Positions 10,701 through 20,977 of a stretch of 64,000 bases of DNA are shown here, one piece after another. Location of the stretch: positions 1-64,000 of the IMG/VR virus record IMGVR_UViG_3300011947_000001. One strand, written 5' to 3'. Within the stretch, counting starts at the first letter, position 1. Every line of letters begins with the position of its first letter. The notes below the pieces were generated by a model, which saw only the letters and a list, made by a program, of their open reading frames with translations, made no database searches and had not been told where the DNA came from. A program made the position numbers and the translations under genes. The DNA comes from a virus (Duplodnaviria; Caudoviricetes).

Positions 10701-13405
10701 GCTCTGTATTCAACGTTTGTGATATCTGAACCATAGAAGTTTCTAAAATTATCAACCAAGAACCCATTCTTATATCGATCTAGTCCATTTATATCTTTAA
10801 TTGACATATTTACAGTTTGCATTTCCAACATGGATAATGACACAACTTTTTCTAGTCGATCAAGGCGATTGGTGATCTTAGAAATATCCTTCATAGTATA
10901 TCTTCGGTTGTCCACATAACGAACTGAAATATCATTCAGGTTATATGTATATGCCTTGATATAAATTTCATACAGAATCATCGTATCAGGATCAGGTTGT
11001 GGTAGAGAAGCCAGTTCAGAAGGAACACCTTCTTTAATATAGAAACGGCCTTCTGATGACACCAGAAGAAGATCGGCACGATCAAGGTAGTATTCAATAT
11101 CGAATACAGCATTTGTATTAAACGCAACGATAGGTGCATTCTGTTCAATACTATTATCGCGTTTAACAGTACGGAAATCGAATACTTCTGATAACCGATA
11201 TACAGTACCATTAGTTGCTTTATATGTTGGGATATCTTCATATTCTAGATTTAAATCTGGATCATTTACCAACTGGTCATATGAATCAACAGTGAAAAAG
11301 CCTTCATCACCACTATGTTCAAAATAGTAATATGTAATAATCAAACGGTTTTCTGATGTCACAGAAAAAGATTTGTTAACTTTTAATTTGATATTGGTGT
11401 AGAAGACATCAGTTTGACCATTGATGAATTCAAAAGAATCTGTCACATCCTGTTCAAAAGTAGCATCACTGGTAGATATTAATTTAACACTGTCAATTCG
11501 ATAACCATCCACATGTGGTAATACAATTACATCACCAACCACATTACTTGGCGAAGTATTTGTAGTATAAGAATGGCGCGTTAATGTTTTTGTCTTTTCT
11601 TGTTGAGATGTGCGAATGATAGAAGATATATAAGTTACATTTTTACCAGCATTTTCGATACCCAAATTTAGTGTGAGTGAAGTTGGAGTATATGCAAATT
11701 TATTACTATCAACAGTTACTTTCACCCCAGTTGGATTCGAACCAACCCAACATATAGGCAAATTTAATGCTGGTGAAATAAATTGTTCATTCGATTGGGT
11801 AGTAAATGTGATTGAACCTTCGCCATTTAAAATACCACTGAACCTACGCTTCATATAAAGCGATGTATTGCCGTTTTCATCATTATCGTTATCACGCATC
11901 GACTTTATTGATTCGCGGCCTACAGCGAACAATAGTGAAGTATTACTGGCATTTTGTAGATACATCTGTCCTTCGATATTACCCTTCAGTGAATTATCAG
12001 AAATTGATACTGATTTCACCATATTAAGAGTCTTGCCAGCTATTAAATTGATGTCATATACATATAACTGATACTTATTATCACCTAGATTTTGAATATC
12101 ATATATTTTGAATGAACCAATCACAACAGATTTGTCATCTTTAAAGTTAACAATCTGATTTGTTAATATAGATGAACCCGTGTGGTCAATCCAACTAATA
12201 TTATCTTCGGATTTAATTGTGAAGTTTTGAATAGGAGGGAAAGACGTTGATGCACCACGTGCTTTTCTTGTATCACGTGCCTTGCGACCAACCACAACGG
12301 TTTCACTATTATTCTCTACACGATAACCTTTAACATAACCTGATCCAGTGCTTACGATAGCAACGAAATTATCTTCATTGCCACTCATAGCCCAACCTTC
12401 TGCATCAACCAATGATTTCTTTTTTTCATTTAGAAATCGTGCTTTCCAAGGTACATTGGCAAAGTTACCGCTAGTTTCATAAGTACGGCGAGAAAGTTCT
12501 TTCATGATATCGCCGTATTCAGTATCATCTTTTTTATATTCAACAGTATGATTCTGACGCACTTTAGCTAATGTGATGAAATTTGATTCATTTTCATCTT
12601 CAATATAATCACGAATTGCAAGAACCAAATCAATTTTATAACGATCAGCACCTTCAGCAGCAAAATTCGGTTCACCCATATGTGGATCATATAAAGATTC
12701 ATCATCATTTGCTGTCACAACACTTTCAATCACATCCAGACCAACACGATACGTTAAATCAGATGAAATTTGACCATTAGCATCTTTATTAAGATACTTT
12801 TCTGTTGGGATATGTTGAAATGGAGTTTTTACAAAGTATCCATTGTTGTAGAAGATACCTTCTTCCAAGGTAAAGAACATACCTTTACCTAATGGTGGAG
12901 TAGTATCTACCCCTTCATTTTCTGGACATGTAGGACACCGAACTGTAGCGGTATAAACAACAACATTATTTTCATCAATGAAGTTAATATCTTCACCTTG
13001 AATAAAAGTAGTCTGTTCATTGTCTGATCCAACTTTAGTGTAAACCACATATAGAGTAGGTGGATCATTTACATCTTTTTCAGTTGTTTCAATAATCACT
13101 GCTTCTACTGAAGACACAACCCCTGCAACGCGCAAACCATTATAAGAACCCAACACAACATCTTTATCATCATATTTGTTATTCAATCGGACATATGAAT
13201 ATTCAACAAATGATGTTGAACATCCAGTAATTTTAGAATTGTTTTTGAATAAATGATTACCAATGGATGATAACTGGTTCTGTAAAATTGATTGAAGCGT
13301 ATTTAATTCACGTGCCTGAACATAACGATTTGGCTTAAACAATACCTTCAAATGATTCTTTTCTACATCAAAATCATCATTATACGGTGGGGTGTTGAAA
13401 TTCAT
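7769..13405 (-). CDS. large virion structural/baseplate protein, VrlC/DUF4815-like (1878 aa)
   Basis: MNFNTPPYNDDF...VLFKPNRYVQARELNTLQSILQNQ, APGAD-like AEGADRYKI, RRTYETSGNF, GLDRYKNGFLVDNF, DPIAQGF, SQPVVFENLRAIA. Confidence 0.88.
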   Translation of the reverse strand: MNFNTPPYNDDFDVEKNHLKVLFKPNRYVQARELNTLQSILQNQLSSIGNHLFKNNSKITGCSTSFVEYSYVRLNNKYDDKDVVLGSYNGLRVAGVVSSVEAVIIETTEKDVNDPPTLYVVYTKVGSDNEQTTFIQGEDINFIDENNVVVYTATVRCPTCPENEGVDTTPPLGKGMFFTLEEGIFYNNGYFVKTPFQHIPTEKYLNKDANGQISSDLTYRVGLDVIESVVTANDDESLYDPHMGEPNFAAEGADRYKIDLVLAIRDYIEDENESNFITLAKVRQNHTVEYKKDDTEYGDIMKELSRRTYETSGNFANVPWKARFLNEKKKSLVDAEGWAMSGNEDNFVAIVSTGSGYVKGYRVENNSETVVVGRKARDTRKARGASTSFPPIQNFTIKSEDNISWIDHTGSSILTNQIVNFKDDKSVVIGSFKIYDIQNLGDNKYQLYVYDINLIAGKTLNMVKSVSISDNSLKGNIEGQMYLQNASNTSLLFAVGRESIKSMRDNDNDENGNTSLYMKRRFSGILNGEGSITFTTQSNEQFISPALNLPICWVGSNPTGVKVTVDSNKFAYTPTSLTLNLGIENAGKNVTYISSIIRTSQQEKTKTLTRHSYTTNTSPSNVVGDVIVLPHVDGYRIDSVKLISTSDATFEQDVTDSFEFINGQTDVFYTNIKLKVNKSFSVTSENRLIITYYYFEHSGDEGFFTVDSYDQLVNDPDLNLEYEDIPTYKATNGTVYRLSEVFDFRTVKRDNSIEQNAPIVAFNTNAVFDIEYYLDRADLLLVSSEGRFYIKEGVPSELASLPQPDPDTMILYEIYIKAYTYNLNDISVRYVDNRRYTMKDISKITNRLDRLEKVVSLSMLEMQTVNMSIKDINGLDRYKNGFLVDNFRNFYGSDITNVEYRASIDRSMGELRPQFKTSNVRLEYFDTNSSNVKRLGNVLICDYTDDLFISNTYATKTLSINPYMVYRTHGTMTLSPNIDTWSDTTRLPTVVANIDTGVEALRQVADAAGLLGVDYGTWIDLNQSIATSTNTTETNTQRTTETITTTTTDQTRSVTTTSVGSRTQNYSIDDIVKDVSIIPYIRTQTIQFYATKLSPNTKFYAYFDGIDVSEHCKKTQQISSSGDVLTNRAQAVFGASPLISDNDGNLTGEFRIPAETFFTGEKVFVLTNDQNNTGNPDVETSRCEAIYFAGGVSTTKQDYTMNVITPTYSVNTSNQNRTNTSVSREVSTVDIPQPAPPVLDGPEMPPRLPGFSSIWHWVWNGARWIWDPIAQGFKVNESCFISKVDVFFAAVDDRSDVVWFEIREMVNGYPSNEGITHVEVNARTLLDYVSDDASKAYTVVFNAPVYVDSSKSYAFVVGGYSPNTRVYVSTLGDKLLNSESILEQPPLGYTMFRSLNGDTWTAYQFDTMKLNIYRCAFKSDFFNLSLVNTQNDQSDESYSYSVHCDDNPIEVEQGVNKVRIYAKNHGLRPNDQATIMFDNGVYYTVEIINGMPQIDQPVSTLTGSGYIKDIRITNTLNFYEISISGMEGYFEEGQEITCEARQYEYRDIFLISDTGASGLPITQNIATGYIRKTTDIGIPANIAGKSLSLFAKKHIVREVDSIDSFIIEIEGAFEQSGRFGGGNIYIRNTNVKYDSFNVAGQYLSYNANVSWVANTFKHAGGYEDPKEIKPQHDMYLERPSVLLSGVNETRILGANKHSFKVDVQCRLTSPYISPVFNLDSFSVTTISNRIELLTADKYNVSPNKNARLVSETSPTSGSETFKHISHKVLLENPASDMKIIFDVYCTSESDFEVYVKVVSAQNNVDDSTLPWIKVDQYNKKRFSNGMGDKIEYDLTLSENASTWNDDIEYIAYRVKLVGKSSNSSQPVVFENLRAIAIT

Positions 13406-13409
13406 TTTA

Positions 13410-14510
13410 TCATCCTAATACAATTTTTAAATTTATTATTTCATTTGGTTCTGGCATAAATTCATCAATTAAATACATGTTATCCATATGTTTATATCGA
13501 CCATCACTTGTTTTTCTATGAATACCGTAGAAGTTGATTTCTTTTTCGATATTATCAAATGTGCTTGATATAACATATTTATTAGCCCCAATGTGACGCT
13601 TTAAGTCAGCATTGTAACCGTTTAATGGTTCTAATTTTATATTACCTATAATATATTTATTAGAATTCAACACGATCACTTTCGCCCATGTGTAGTTTTC
13701 ACCACCTTCAATTGACACATTTGTTAAAACACCAGCAAATAAGCTATAGTTTACTTCAGCACCAACACCATCACCAAGAACTATTATTTCAATATCGTCG
13801 TAATTTTCGCCATTCGTGAATGATTCAAGTTTAACTTTGCCATCTTCCACATAAACATTAACTTCAGCAATTTCATTTATATTTTGTTCTTTATCAGTAA
13901 TTACAAATATGTCGGTGAAGTCATAATTTTGTCCACCATGTTGAATTAACACATCAGATGGAACTTCTGTAATTTGATCATTTTCAACTACAAAATTAAC
14001 GCCTGTACCACTAACATATTGTTTCTGTAAGTGAAAATTTGAATATTCCCCCACTAAATGTTCACTTTTATGAGTGATATCAATAGATTGTATTGTGCCT
14101 TTCAACACAATATCATCATACTTCTGTTTATATTGAATATAGTCTTTATATACAACTGACTCCACATCAGCTACATAACGCCATACATAGTTATCATCCA
14201 GTAATTGATTGAAAAGACTTTCACCAGATGGAGCAACAAAAGATGCATGTGGTGGGGAATAAAGACACACATATATTTTATTATCTATTTTACAAAATGT
14301 GTTTTCTTCATAGCTAATATTTTCAATCCAATCTTTGATCTCTGAACAATAACGAATATCACTAGCTCTAATATTTTTGGTAACAACTATCCCATCATTG
14401 ATTGACTTTATGTTCAAATCATCAATATCAACATGACCTACAGATATATCATAATTATCAATTATAACTTGTGTGATATCATTCTCTAATAAGTTCACCG
14501 CTAACCTCAA
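13410..14510 (-). CDS. baseplate wedge subunit, gp8-like
   Basis: NKIYVCLY...PSG...DNYVWRYV motif; position in the baseplate operon; true start may be the GTG a few codons in. Confidence 0.6.
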   Translation of the reverse strand: MRLAVNLLENDITQVIIDNYDISVGHVDIDDLNIKSINDGIVVTKNIRASDIRYCSEIKDWIENISYEENTFCKIDNKIYVCLYSPPHASFVAPSGESLFNQLLDDNYVWRYVADVESVVYKDYIQYKQKYDDIVLKGTIQSIDITHKSEHLVGEYSNFHLQKQYVSGTGVNFVVENDQITEVPSDVLIQHGGQNYDFTDIFVITDKEQNINEIAEVNVYVEDGKVKLESFTNGENYDDIEIIVLGDGVGAEVNYSLFAGVLTNVSIEGGENYTWAKVIVLNSNKYIIGNIKLEPLNGYNADLKRHIGANKYVISSTFDNIEKEINFYGIHRKTSDGRYKHMDNMYLIDEFMPEPNEIINLKIVLG

Positions 14511-15816
14511 TATTCGCTATGTTTAGTTTATTTAATTTAGTATATAGGCAATTGAATTTATAGCCAGATGGGTTGTTATATTTTTCTACTACTGCCTTAT
14601 ATTTACTTGCAGGAACATCAGATATAATGTTATATGAGTGAGAATGATGTGTGTCACTATCAAGAGTCATGTTTTTTGGCTTGGTGTCAGTAATATTATT
14701 TTTATACTCACTTCTTTTATAATGTGTGGCAGCAATATTCTTAACAACTAAACCCTCACCATTCACACTATTTATTGCATATACAATATTTCCAGTATTG
14801 TGTACTAAAGAACCTTTATCAATTTGAATATCTTCTACACAACCAATAGTAAATGATTCAGCTTCAAGTATAGCATTTGAACCATTTTTTGATTTTACAC
14901 TAAGCTTAGGCAAATCAGTAAAGTTATATCCCTTATTTTTAATATCAATTTTTATAATAGCGCCATTGCTATCCACTTCTGATACTATTGCTGAAAAATG
15001 AGATTTAATATCTAGTTTTACCTTATCCCCAACTTTATAACCATTTCCACCATTAATGATCTTAACGTTATCAATTGAACCTTTGCTTACTTTAGACACA
15101 ATAAATCTTGAGTTATAAAATACATTGGTGTTTGGAGTAAGGATATCTCCAACTTTGTAATATCTCCCTTTATTAATTATCTTAATATCAATTAAAGGTA
15201 AATGTACTTCATTATATATAAAATTATAATCATAGTTAGTGATTTCAATAGGTTCATTTAAGATGAAACTATCTTCAATATTATTGCAATCGACAATATA
15301 ATATCTTGATCCATTAATATAATATGGCGTGAATGATTCGATGCCACTCCTAGTTCCACTTCTTAATCCATGTAGACCAGAATTCTTAGTTAATTGAAAT
15401 TCACCACTAATTACAATCTGATTAGTTCGTAAATATGTATACGCCGATAAATTCATAAGGTAATCGCGTGGATATATAATTTCCACGCCCTTATTAAACA
15501 TTAGCTGAAATAAAATTTTAAAAGATGTTTTAGTTCCACGTGTTTCTAGATATTCATCAAGTAACTTATATAATAATTCCCCATGTATGTTAGATGCGCT
15601 ATTAAGGCTAATATCCAACCCCATGTTTTCAACAATCTGCTGTTCAAATTTTTCACTGTAAGCATGCTGATATATTAATGCTTTATAAGCATTCAGAATT
15701 GAATTTACACCTTCTGTTTGATGCCATTTATAAATATCAGATTTATACTTTACAAACCCATCATCCCTATCAACATTATAGTCTGGAAAGCGATTGAGTA
15801 AAAACTCTGGTGTCAT
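14479..15816 (-). CDS. baseplate wedge protein, gp7-like
   Basis: RGTKTSFKILFQLMFNKGVEIIYP, IINGGNGYKVGD repeats, HSHSYNIISDVP...KAVVEKYNNPSGYK. Confidence 0.7.
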   Translation of the reverse strand: MTPEFLLNRFPDYNVDRDDGFVKYKSDIYKWHQTEGVNSILNAYKALIYQHAYSEKFEQQIVENMGLDISLNSASNIHGELLYKLLDEYLETRGTKTSFKILFQLMFNKGVEIIYPRDYLMNLSAYTYLRTNQIVISGEFQLTKNSGLHGLRSGTRSGIESFTPYYINGSRYYIVDCNNIEDSFILNEPIEITNYDYNFIYNEVHLPLIDIKIINKGRYYKVGDILTPNTNVFYNSRFIVSKVSKGSIDNVKIINGGNGYKVGDKVKLDIKSHFSAIVSEVDSNGAIIKIDIKNKGYNFTDLPKLSVKSKNGSNAILEAESFTIGCVEDIQIDKGSLVHNTGNIVYAINSVNGEGLVVKNIAATHYKRSEYKNNITDTKPKNMTLDSDTHHSHSYNIISDVPASKYKAVVEKYNNPSGYKFNCLYTKLNKLNIANIEVSGELIRE

Positions 15817-15818
15817 TA

Positions 15819-17582
15819 TTATCCCCTCAATTTAACCACTTCTTCGGCCATAACTTTCTTGATCCGAACAATATTATCTTCTAATGTTTCTATATCTGGA
15901 TATACAGGTGTTGCAGTAATAACCAAACTATCAATCTTTGCAAATGTCGGTACAACCAATTGTAATTTTCCTGTTTTCATATCCAATAACCCACCTTTAG
16001 CAATGTGGGAAAAGTCATTCGCATCGACAATAATAATATTTCCATCTACATCACTTTGAAAGAAACATGTTTTATTGCCATATTCAAATGTATTTGTAAT
16101 TACATTTTTTAAAGTATTGCCAAAATTTATTGTGTATGTGCCACTTGTATAATTAAAATTAAGTGTTTTCTGTAATGTCTTTTCTGTATATGCACTTGTG
16201 ATTGATAAATCTTTATCTTTTACATAATCTACCAAGTCACTATCATAATAGTTGCTACTAAACTTAGATAAAGTTTCAGCATTAAACTGCATCACATTCC
16301 TTTCAATTCTAGATTTAATGGTTGCGATATTATCATTTGTTAGCGCACGATTTATTTTAAATTTAAATTTGATGATAATATCAGTAAAATTTGGGTCAAC
16401 AAATACCAAATCAGTTTTAGATAATACACCATACTTATTAACCAACAAGTCAGTTATAATATTTTTACCAGTTAATGTTAATTTATCATTTGTTTTAGGT
16501 TTAATACAAATATAAGTCTTACCATACTGTCTGTACATTGATGTTCCACCAGACCATACATTAATGCTTTCTACATCTCTATATTCTGAAAGAATAACTA
16601 TTTTAATATCTTCAGGTGTAACTACACGCCCACGTATTTTATTGTGATTAACAACTGAAAATCTTAATTCTTCAACTGTTAAATCATCTAAACCCCCAGT
16701 AGATTGCTCTATAGTGTTCACTTTAATAGCAGTTTGTGGATAATAGTTCAAATCAGTAGTTTTAGTTTCTGAAGCTTTTGATAACACAATAGCAAAGTTA
16801 TTAGTATCATTAGCTGATGCCCCATCAGTCTTTACATATGAAATTTCAATATATTCACCAATCTTTGGTTCACGGCCAAATATATCACGACCAAAATGAA
16901 TTTTATAAACCCCGCTAGTAGATGCTGTGATAAAGTATACCAAACCATCGCTTGACCGATCATAAAAATTTTCGGCTCTGATATGTTCAACTGGGTTACT
17001 AGAATCTTTAGTATTTTTGATTTTTACAGTAATCGTTGATTCATCACAGAATTGATCATTAATTTCATATGCATTATTAACTGCGTCTACACGATAAGTT
17101 TGTGTTCGCATTTGACCTTGAATCAACATAAAATCATCACCAACATATTTATTCAGTGATTCATCTAGATATAGAGTATTATCATATGCACTCATAAAAT
17201 ATATAGTTTTATTATTCTTATCAACACCTTTAAATTGTTGACCTCTATTGATAAGAATATAAGGGACTTGTTCAAGATTAGTAGCATCAACTGAAACATT
17301 AATAGTACATTTGGATGCGGTTATAAACTTAGTCAAGTAATTTCGATTGTTTCCATGTGCAATTAATGCAGTTTTGGTTTTAGCTGAATCAGGCATAGAT
17401 TCATCAAGAACCATTTTCATATAATAACCATTATATGTGGTTGCATATGCATCCATATTAAGAATACGGCTAATATTAGATGCTTCAAAATTGAAATCTT
17501 TATAAAATGGATCGCGTTTTAGAAACTCAATCATTTTTAGTTTGATATCATCAAACTCTAATGTACTAATTGTTGAAGACAT
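15819..17582 (-). CDS. gp6: baseplate wedge subunit gp6
   Basis: LEFDDIK...KDFNFEASNISRIL...YMKMVLDESMPDSAK...IHFGRDIFG...RVVTPED. Confidence 0.9.
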   Translation of the reverse strand: MSSTISTLEFDDIKLKMIEFLKRDPFYKDFNFEASNISRILNMDAYATTYNGYYMKMVLDESMPDSAKTKTALIAHGNNRNYLTKFITASKCTINVSVDATNLEQVPYILINRGQQFKGVDKNNKTIYFMSAYDNTLYLDESLNKYVGDDFMLIQGQMRTQTYRVDAVNNAYEINDQFCDESTITVKIKNTKDSSNPVEHIRAENFYDRSSDGLVYFITASTSGVYKIHFGRDIFGREPKIGEYIEISYVKTDGASANDTNNFAIVLSKASETKTTDLNYYPQTAIKVNTIEQSTGGLDDLTVEELRFSVVNHNKIRGRVVTPEDIKIVILSEYRDVESINVWSGGTSMYRQYGKTYICIKPKTNDKLTLTGKNIITDLLVNKYGVLSKTDLVFVDPNFTDIIIKFKFKINRALTNDNIATIKSRIERNVMQFNAETLSKFSSNYYDSDLVDYVKDKDLSITSAYTEKTLQKTLNFNYTSGTYTINFGNTLKNVITNTFEYGNKTCFFQSDVDGNIIIVDANDFSHIAKGGLLDMKTGKLQLVVPTFAKIDSLVITATPVYPDIETLEDNIVRIKKVMAEEVVKLRG

Positions 17583-17965
17583 TATCTTTTTCTCTCAAAT
17601 TTAATTTGTTCATTAATATCGCGGTTTAACATTTCAACATATACAACAATATCAATAAGACAAAAATGTGAATTATTCACATCTGTATAACTAACAGTTA
17701 CTCTTGGGTCTTTTAATCTACTGTCGAATAATAGAACATCCCGAATTCTTTTTATTAGTTCAGATTCAGTTATTTTATCCGAACTTTCAAATAAGTAATA
17801 TTTAGCATTTGCTGCATACCACTCATTAAATGGGATATCAAATGAAACTAAATGAACAGAATTTATAATTGCTTGTCTTATACAATCTTCATCTGTAAAT
17901 TGAGCAATATCGCCATTTGCATTCAATTTGAAAGTTAAATCGAAATCAGTATATAACTTGCTCAC
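17582..17965 (-). CDS. gp25: baseplate wedge subunit gp25
   Basis: YTDFDLTF...NGDI...DEDCIRQAIIN...PFNEWY; size and position. Confidence 0.85.
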   Translation of the reverse strand: MSKLYTDFDLTFKLNANGDIAQFTDEDCIRQAIINSVHLVSFDIPFNEWYAANAKYYLFESSDKITESELIKRIRDVLLFDSRLKDPRVTVSYTDVNNSHFCLIDIVVYVEMLNRDINEQIKFERKR

Positions 17966-17967
17966 TA

Positions 17968-18261
17968 TTAACCCCCAATTTTCACATTGCCTGATCCAAC
18001 CATAACCTTAGCACCACATCCTGTAGGATCACCTAAGCGTCCAGCTTGACGGCCATTTATTATTACAGTTGATGATCCTGATGCTAAAACAGGCGGATGA
18101 CACCCAGCATGGGGACAGCAATGTGATACAAATTGATCCCCTACTCTCATTGCGCCTTTCCCATTCGTAATCACATTCCCTGATGCACTACTACAAGGTG
18201 AAGGGGGAAAGCATCCATGCCCCGACTGTTGATCACCTAAGCGTGATGCTGGCTTACCCAT
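17968..18261 (-). CDS. PAAR-repeat spike tip protein (gp5.4-like)
   Basis: MGKPASRLGD...HGCFPP...GSSTVIINGRQAGRLGDPTGCG. Confidence 0.93.
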   Translation of the reverse strand: MGKPASRLGDQQSGHGCFPPSPCSSASGNVITNGKGAMRVGDQFVSHCCPHAGCHPPVLASGSSTVIINGRQAGRLGDPTGCGAKVMVGSGNVKIGG

Positions 18262-18270
18262 ATTATTTCC

Positions 18271-18325
18271 TTTTATTTGTATTTAACAAAATCTTTATAT
18301 GGAATTTATTTAAATACAAATAAAA
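18271..18325. promoter_or_regulatory. back-to-back putative late promoters (TTAAATA) forming a 16-bp inverted repeat
   Basis: TTTTATTTGTATTTAA (18271-18286) and TTAAATACAAATAAAA (18310-18325) between the two divergent structural operons. Confidence 0.65.
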
Positions 18326-18337
18326 AGAAGATTTATT

Positions 18338-18988
18338 ATGGCAACAAACAAATATTTCGATCACTTATATAACGAAAGTGAACAAGATACGTTTGCTGAT
18401 TTAATGCAAGAATCAATTCAAATTAATGGGGTAGACGTATTATATATTGTTCGTGACATTGAAAAATTTGATGAATTACTTAGAGAAGAAAAATTAAGCG
18501 TATTCAGAACCACATATGTTATTGAAGCATATATGCAAAATAATGGTCAGAATACAACCATGCAAAAGTATATGTCTAAATTCGGATTCCGGTTTGAAGA
18601 AAATACTGAAATTGTAATTTCATCTAAATCATGGGATGAGTTAGGCACTGGTTTTGCACAGCCACGCGAAGGTGACTATATATATATTGGTGATCCGAAT
18701 GACCAATATGGATCATTTGTGAATTGTATGTTCCAAATTAATCAAATGTGGGATGGTTATCCTGACACTATGCAGTTTGGTACAGTTTCAACATATCGCC
18801 TATCCCTATCTAGCGTAAATAAATCATATAGCAACATCATGGATACGACATACACCGATATTAACGACTTCTTGAATCCAACCAAAGAAAGCGAAAATCA
18901 AACCACTATTAAAAAAGAAGCAGATAAGTTCACTGATATCAATGTCGTTTCAGGTGGCAATCCATTTACTAAATTTGGGAAAAAATAA
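18338..18988 (+). CDS. gp14: neck protein gp14
   Basis: ESIQINGVDVLYIVR, SKFGFRFEE, QPREGDYIY. Confidence 0.9.
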   Translation: MATNKYFDHLYNESEQDTFADLMQESIQINGVDVLYIVRDIEKFDELLREEKLSVFRTTYVIEAYMQNNGQNTTMQKYMSKFGFRFEENTEIVISSKSWDELGTGFAQPREGDYIYIGDPNDQYGSFVNCMFQINQMWDGYPDTMQFGTVSTYRLSLSSVNKSYSNIMDTTYTDINDFLNPTKESENQTTIKKEADKFTDINVVSGGNPFTKFGKK

Positions 18989-18990
18989 CT

Positions 18991-19701
18991 ATGATTGGTG
19001 AATTTTTTTATCATCGTTCAATTAAAAAAGTAATTGCTACTTTTGGTTCATTATTCAGCGATGTAGTTATTCAAGCTGGGAATAATGAAATTGTTACTGT
19101 TCCTATTCAGTATGCACATAAACAAAAATTTATTGAAGTTTTAAGCAATAACACCGATGTGCGGAATTTATATACTGATATTGGTCTACCAGTAATGGGT
19201 TTTGAAATCACCAGTTTTACATATGCGCCAGAACGTATGACGAACCCTTTGAATATTCAAAATATTAGAAAGAGTGAGAATGAAGTGAATATGATATTCA
19301 CATCCATTCCTTATTCTATTGGCATTGAATTATATATTGCCACAAATACAGTGGATGAAGGATATCAAATTTTAGAACAAATTGTGCCTTTCTTCACACC
19401 CCAATTGAACGTGACGATATCCGATATTGACTTTCATAACATTAAAACAAACTTGACTTTTGATTTAACGTCATTTTCCCAAGATATCCAGAATGAAGGT
19501 GCATTTGATGAAAAACGAGTATGTTTATTTAACTTTAGTTTTATTTGTCACACTAAATTCCATAGTAATCCACGCTCTCTTGAAAGGATTAAGAAGGTGA
19601 TCATTGAAATGAAGGATGATGATCATAATGATGCGTTTGATAGATTTGTAGGTGAATACAAATACATGGAGAATGATAATAATGAAGGAAATGAACCATG
19701 A
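18991..19701 (+). CDS. gp15: tail sheath stabiliser / tail completion protein gp15
   Basis: FFYHRSIKKVIATFGSLFSD, VPIQYAHKQKF, LPVMGFEIT, QILEQIVPFFTP. Confidence 0.92.
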   Translation: MIGEFFYHRSIKKVIATFGSLFSDVVIQAGNNEIVTVPIQYAHKQKFIEVLSNNTDVRNLYTDIGLPVMGFEITSFTYAPERMTNPLNIQNIRKSENEVNMIFTSIPYSIGIELYIATNTVDEGYQILEQIVPFFTPQLNVTISDIDFHNIKTNLTFDLTSFSQDIQNEGAFDEKRVCLFNFSFICHTKFHSNPRSLERIKKVIIEMKDDDHNDAFDRFVGEYKYMENDNNEGNEP

Positions 19702-20264
19702 GTAAAGTTGATGTATTGGCCGATATATTCAATACCAGCCATAAGAAGAATTACGCCACTGGCAAATTTGAATCAGTAAATGAACATGATGATTCTGTAG
19801 TAGCAGAAAATACATATTCATTAGTTGTTAATAATGAAGGTAATGAAGGAAATGTTGAAATTGATGATAATCAAGAAGATGAATGTGTTGATCCAATAGA
19901 AGAAGTCGTTGAGTACACTGATCCAGATGATGTGGACTATTTGGTGGATGAAGAAGAAGCCAAAAGAAATATCAAAACCATTATTGAAAATGGTATGGAC
20001 TTAATGGAAGACCTATGTGAAAACGTTCGAGATTCTGAACAACCAAAATCTTTTGAATATGCTGCTGTCTTTATGAAAACTTTGGTTGAAATGAATGAAA
20101 AAATGTTAGATATACATGATCGCAAAAAGAAACGTAAAAATATGGCGAAGCCACAAGGCAACACACCTACTAATAATATTTCTCAAGTGAACAATAATAT
20201 CAATATATATGAAAGTTCTCCAACAAATATTTTGAAGCAAATTAAAGGGAAAAAAGAAAAATGA
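19698..20264 (+). CDS. gp16: terminase small subunit gp16
   Basis: NIKTIIENG...DSEQPKSFEYAAVFMKTL...NNNINIYESSPTNILK resembles T4-like gp16; follows gp15. Confidence 0.75.
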   Translation: MSKVDVLADIFNTSHKKNYATGKFESVNEHDDSVVAENTYSLVVNNEGNEGNVEIDDNQEDECVDPIEEVVEYTDPDDVDYLVDEEEAKRNIKTIIENGMDLMEDLCENVRDSEQPKSFEYAAVFMKTLVEMNEKMLDIHDRKKKRKNMAKPQGNTPTNNISQVNNNINIYESSPTNILKQIKGKKEK

Positions 20265-20977
20265 ACGTAAAACAATTACAAGAATGGTTAAATGAAAAAG
20301 GTGCAAATCCAAAATTGGTTTGTGACGGTTTAGGTGGCCCTAAAACACGTAATGCATTAATTCAAGTATTTACCAACAAAAATGCTGCGGCTGTGACACC
20401 TTTACATATTAGTAAATTAGCCAAGCAGTTAGGGGATACATCTGAAAAGCGCATTAATGCAGTTGCAAAAGTTGAATCATCTGGATCAGCTTTCACAAAT
20501 GATGGATTAGTAAAAATTTTATATGAACGCCACTATTTTTACAAATTTGTGAAACGTGTAATTTATTTCCCAAACACTAAAAATCATTTTTTATCTAATT
20601 CACAATATGGTGGGTATACCACTGATTTCAATAATAATAATATTAATGATTCGTGGGAAAAGCTGGCATATGCTGCATGTATTGATCCAGATGGTGCATT
20701 TCAATCTGTATCGATTGGTAAATTCCAAGTAATGGGTATATATTACGACAAACTTGGTTATTCTCATCCAATCGATATGTTATGGGATGCAAGCCGGAAT
20801 GAAGGCAGCCATTATGATATGCTTGTTGGATATATATTAAATGTGGCAAATTTGAAATCTGCATTTCTCAAATTGTCTACAAATGCGGAAACTTGTAGAC
20901 CATTTGCAAAAGGATTTAATGGTTCAAAATACCAATTATATGATTATCACAACAAATTAGCTAAAGCAATGTTGTAA
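20261..20977 (+). CDS. endolysin: N-acetylmuramidase (DUF3380-type) with N-terminal peptidoglycan-binding-like segment
   Basis: QLQEWLN...CDGLGGPKT; AVAKVESSGSAF, KILYERHYF, SIGKFQVMG, FAKGFNG. Confidence 0.85.
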   Translation: MNVKQLQEWLNEKGANPKLVCDGLGGPKTRNALIQVFTNKNAAAVTPLHISKLAKQLGDTSEKRINAVAKVESSGSAFTNDGLVKILYERHYFYKFVKRVIYFPNTKNHFLSNSQYGGYTTDFNNNNINDSWEKLAYAACIDPDGAFQSVSIGKFQVMGIYYDKLGYSHPIDMLWDASRNEGSHYDMLVGYILNVANLKSAFLKLSTNAETCRPFAKGFNGSKYQLYDYHNKLAKAML

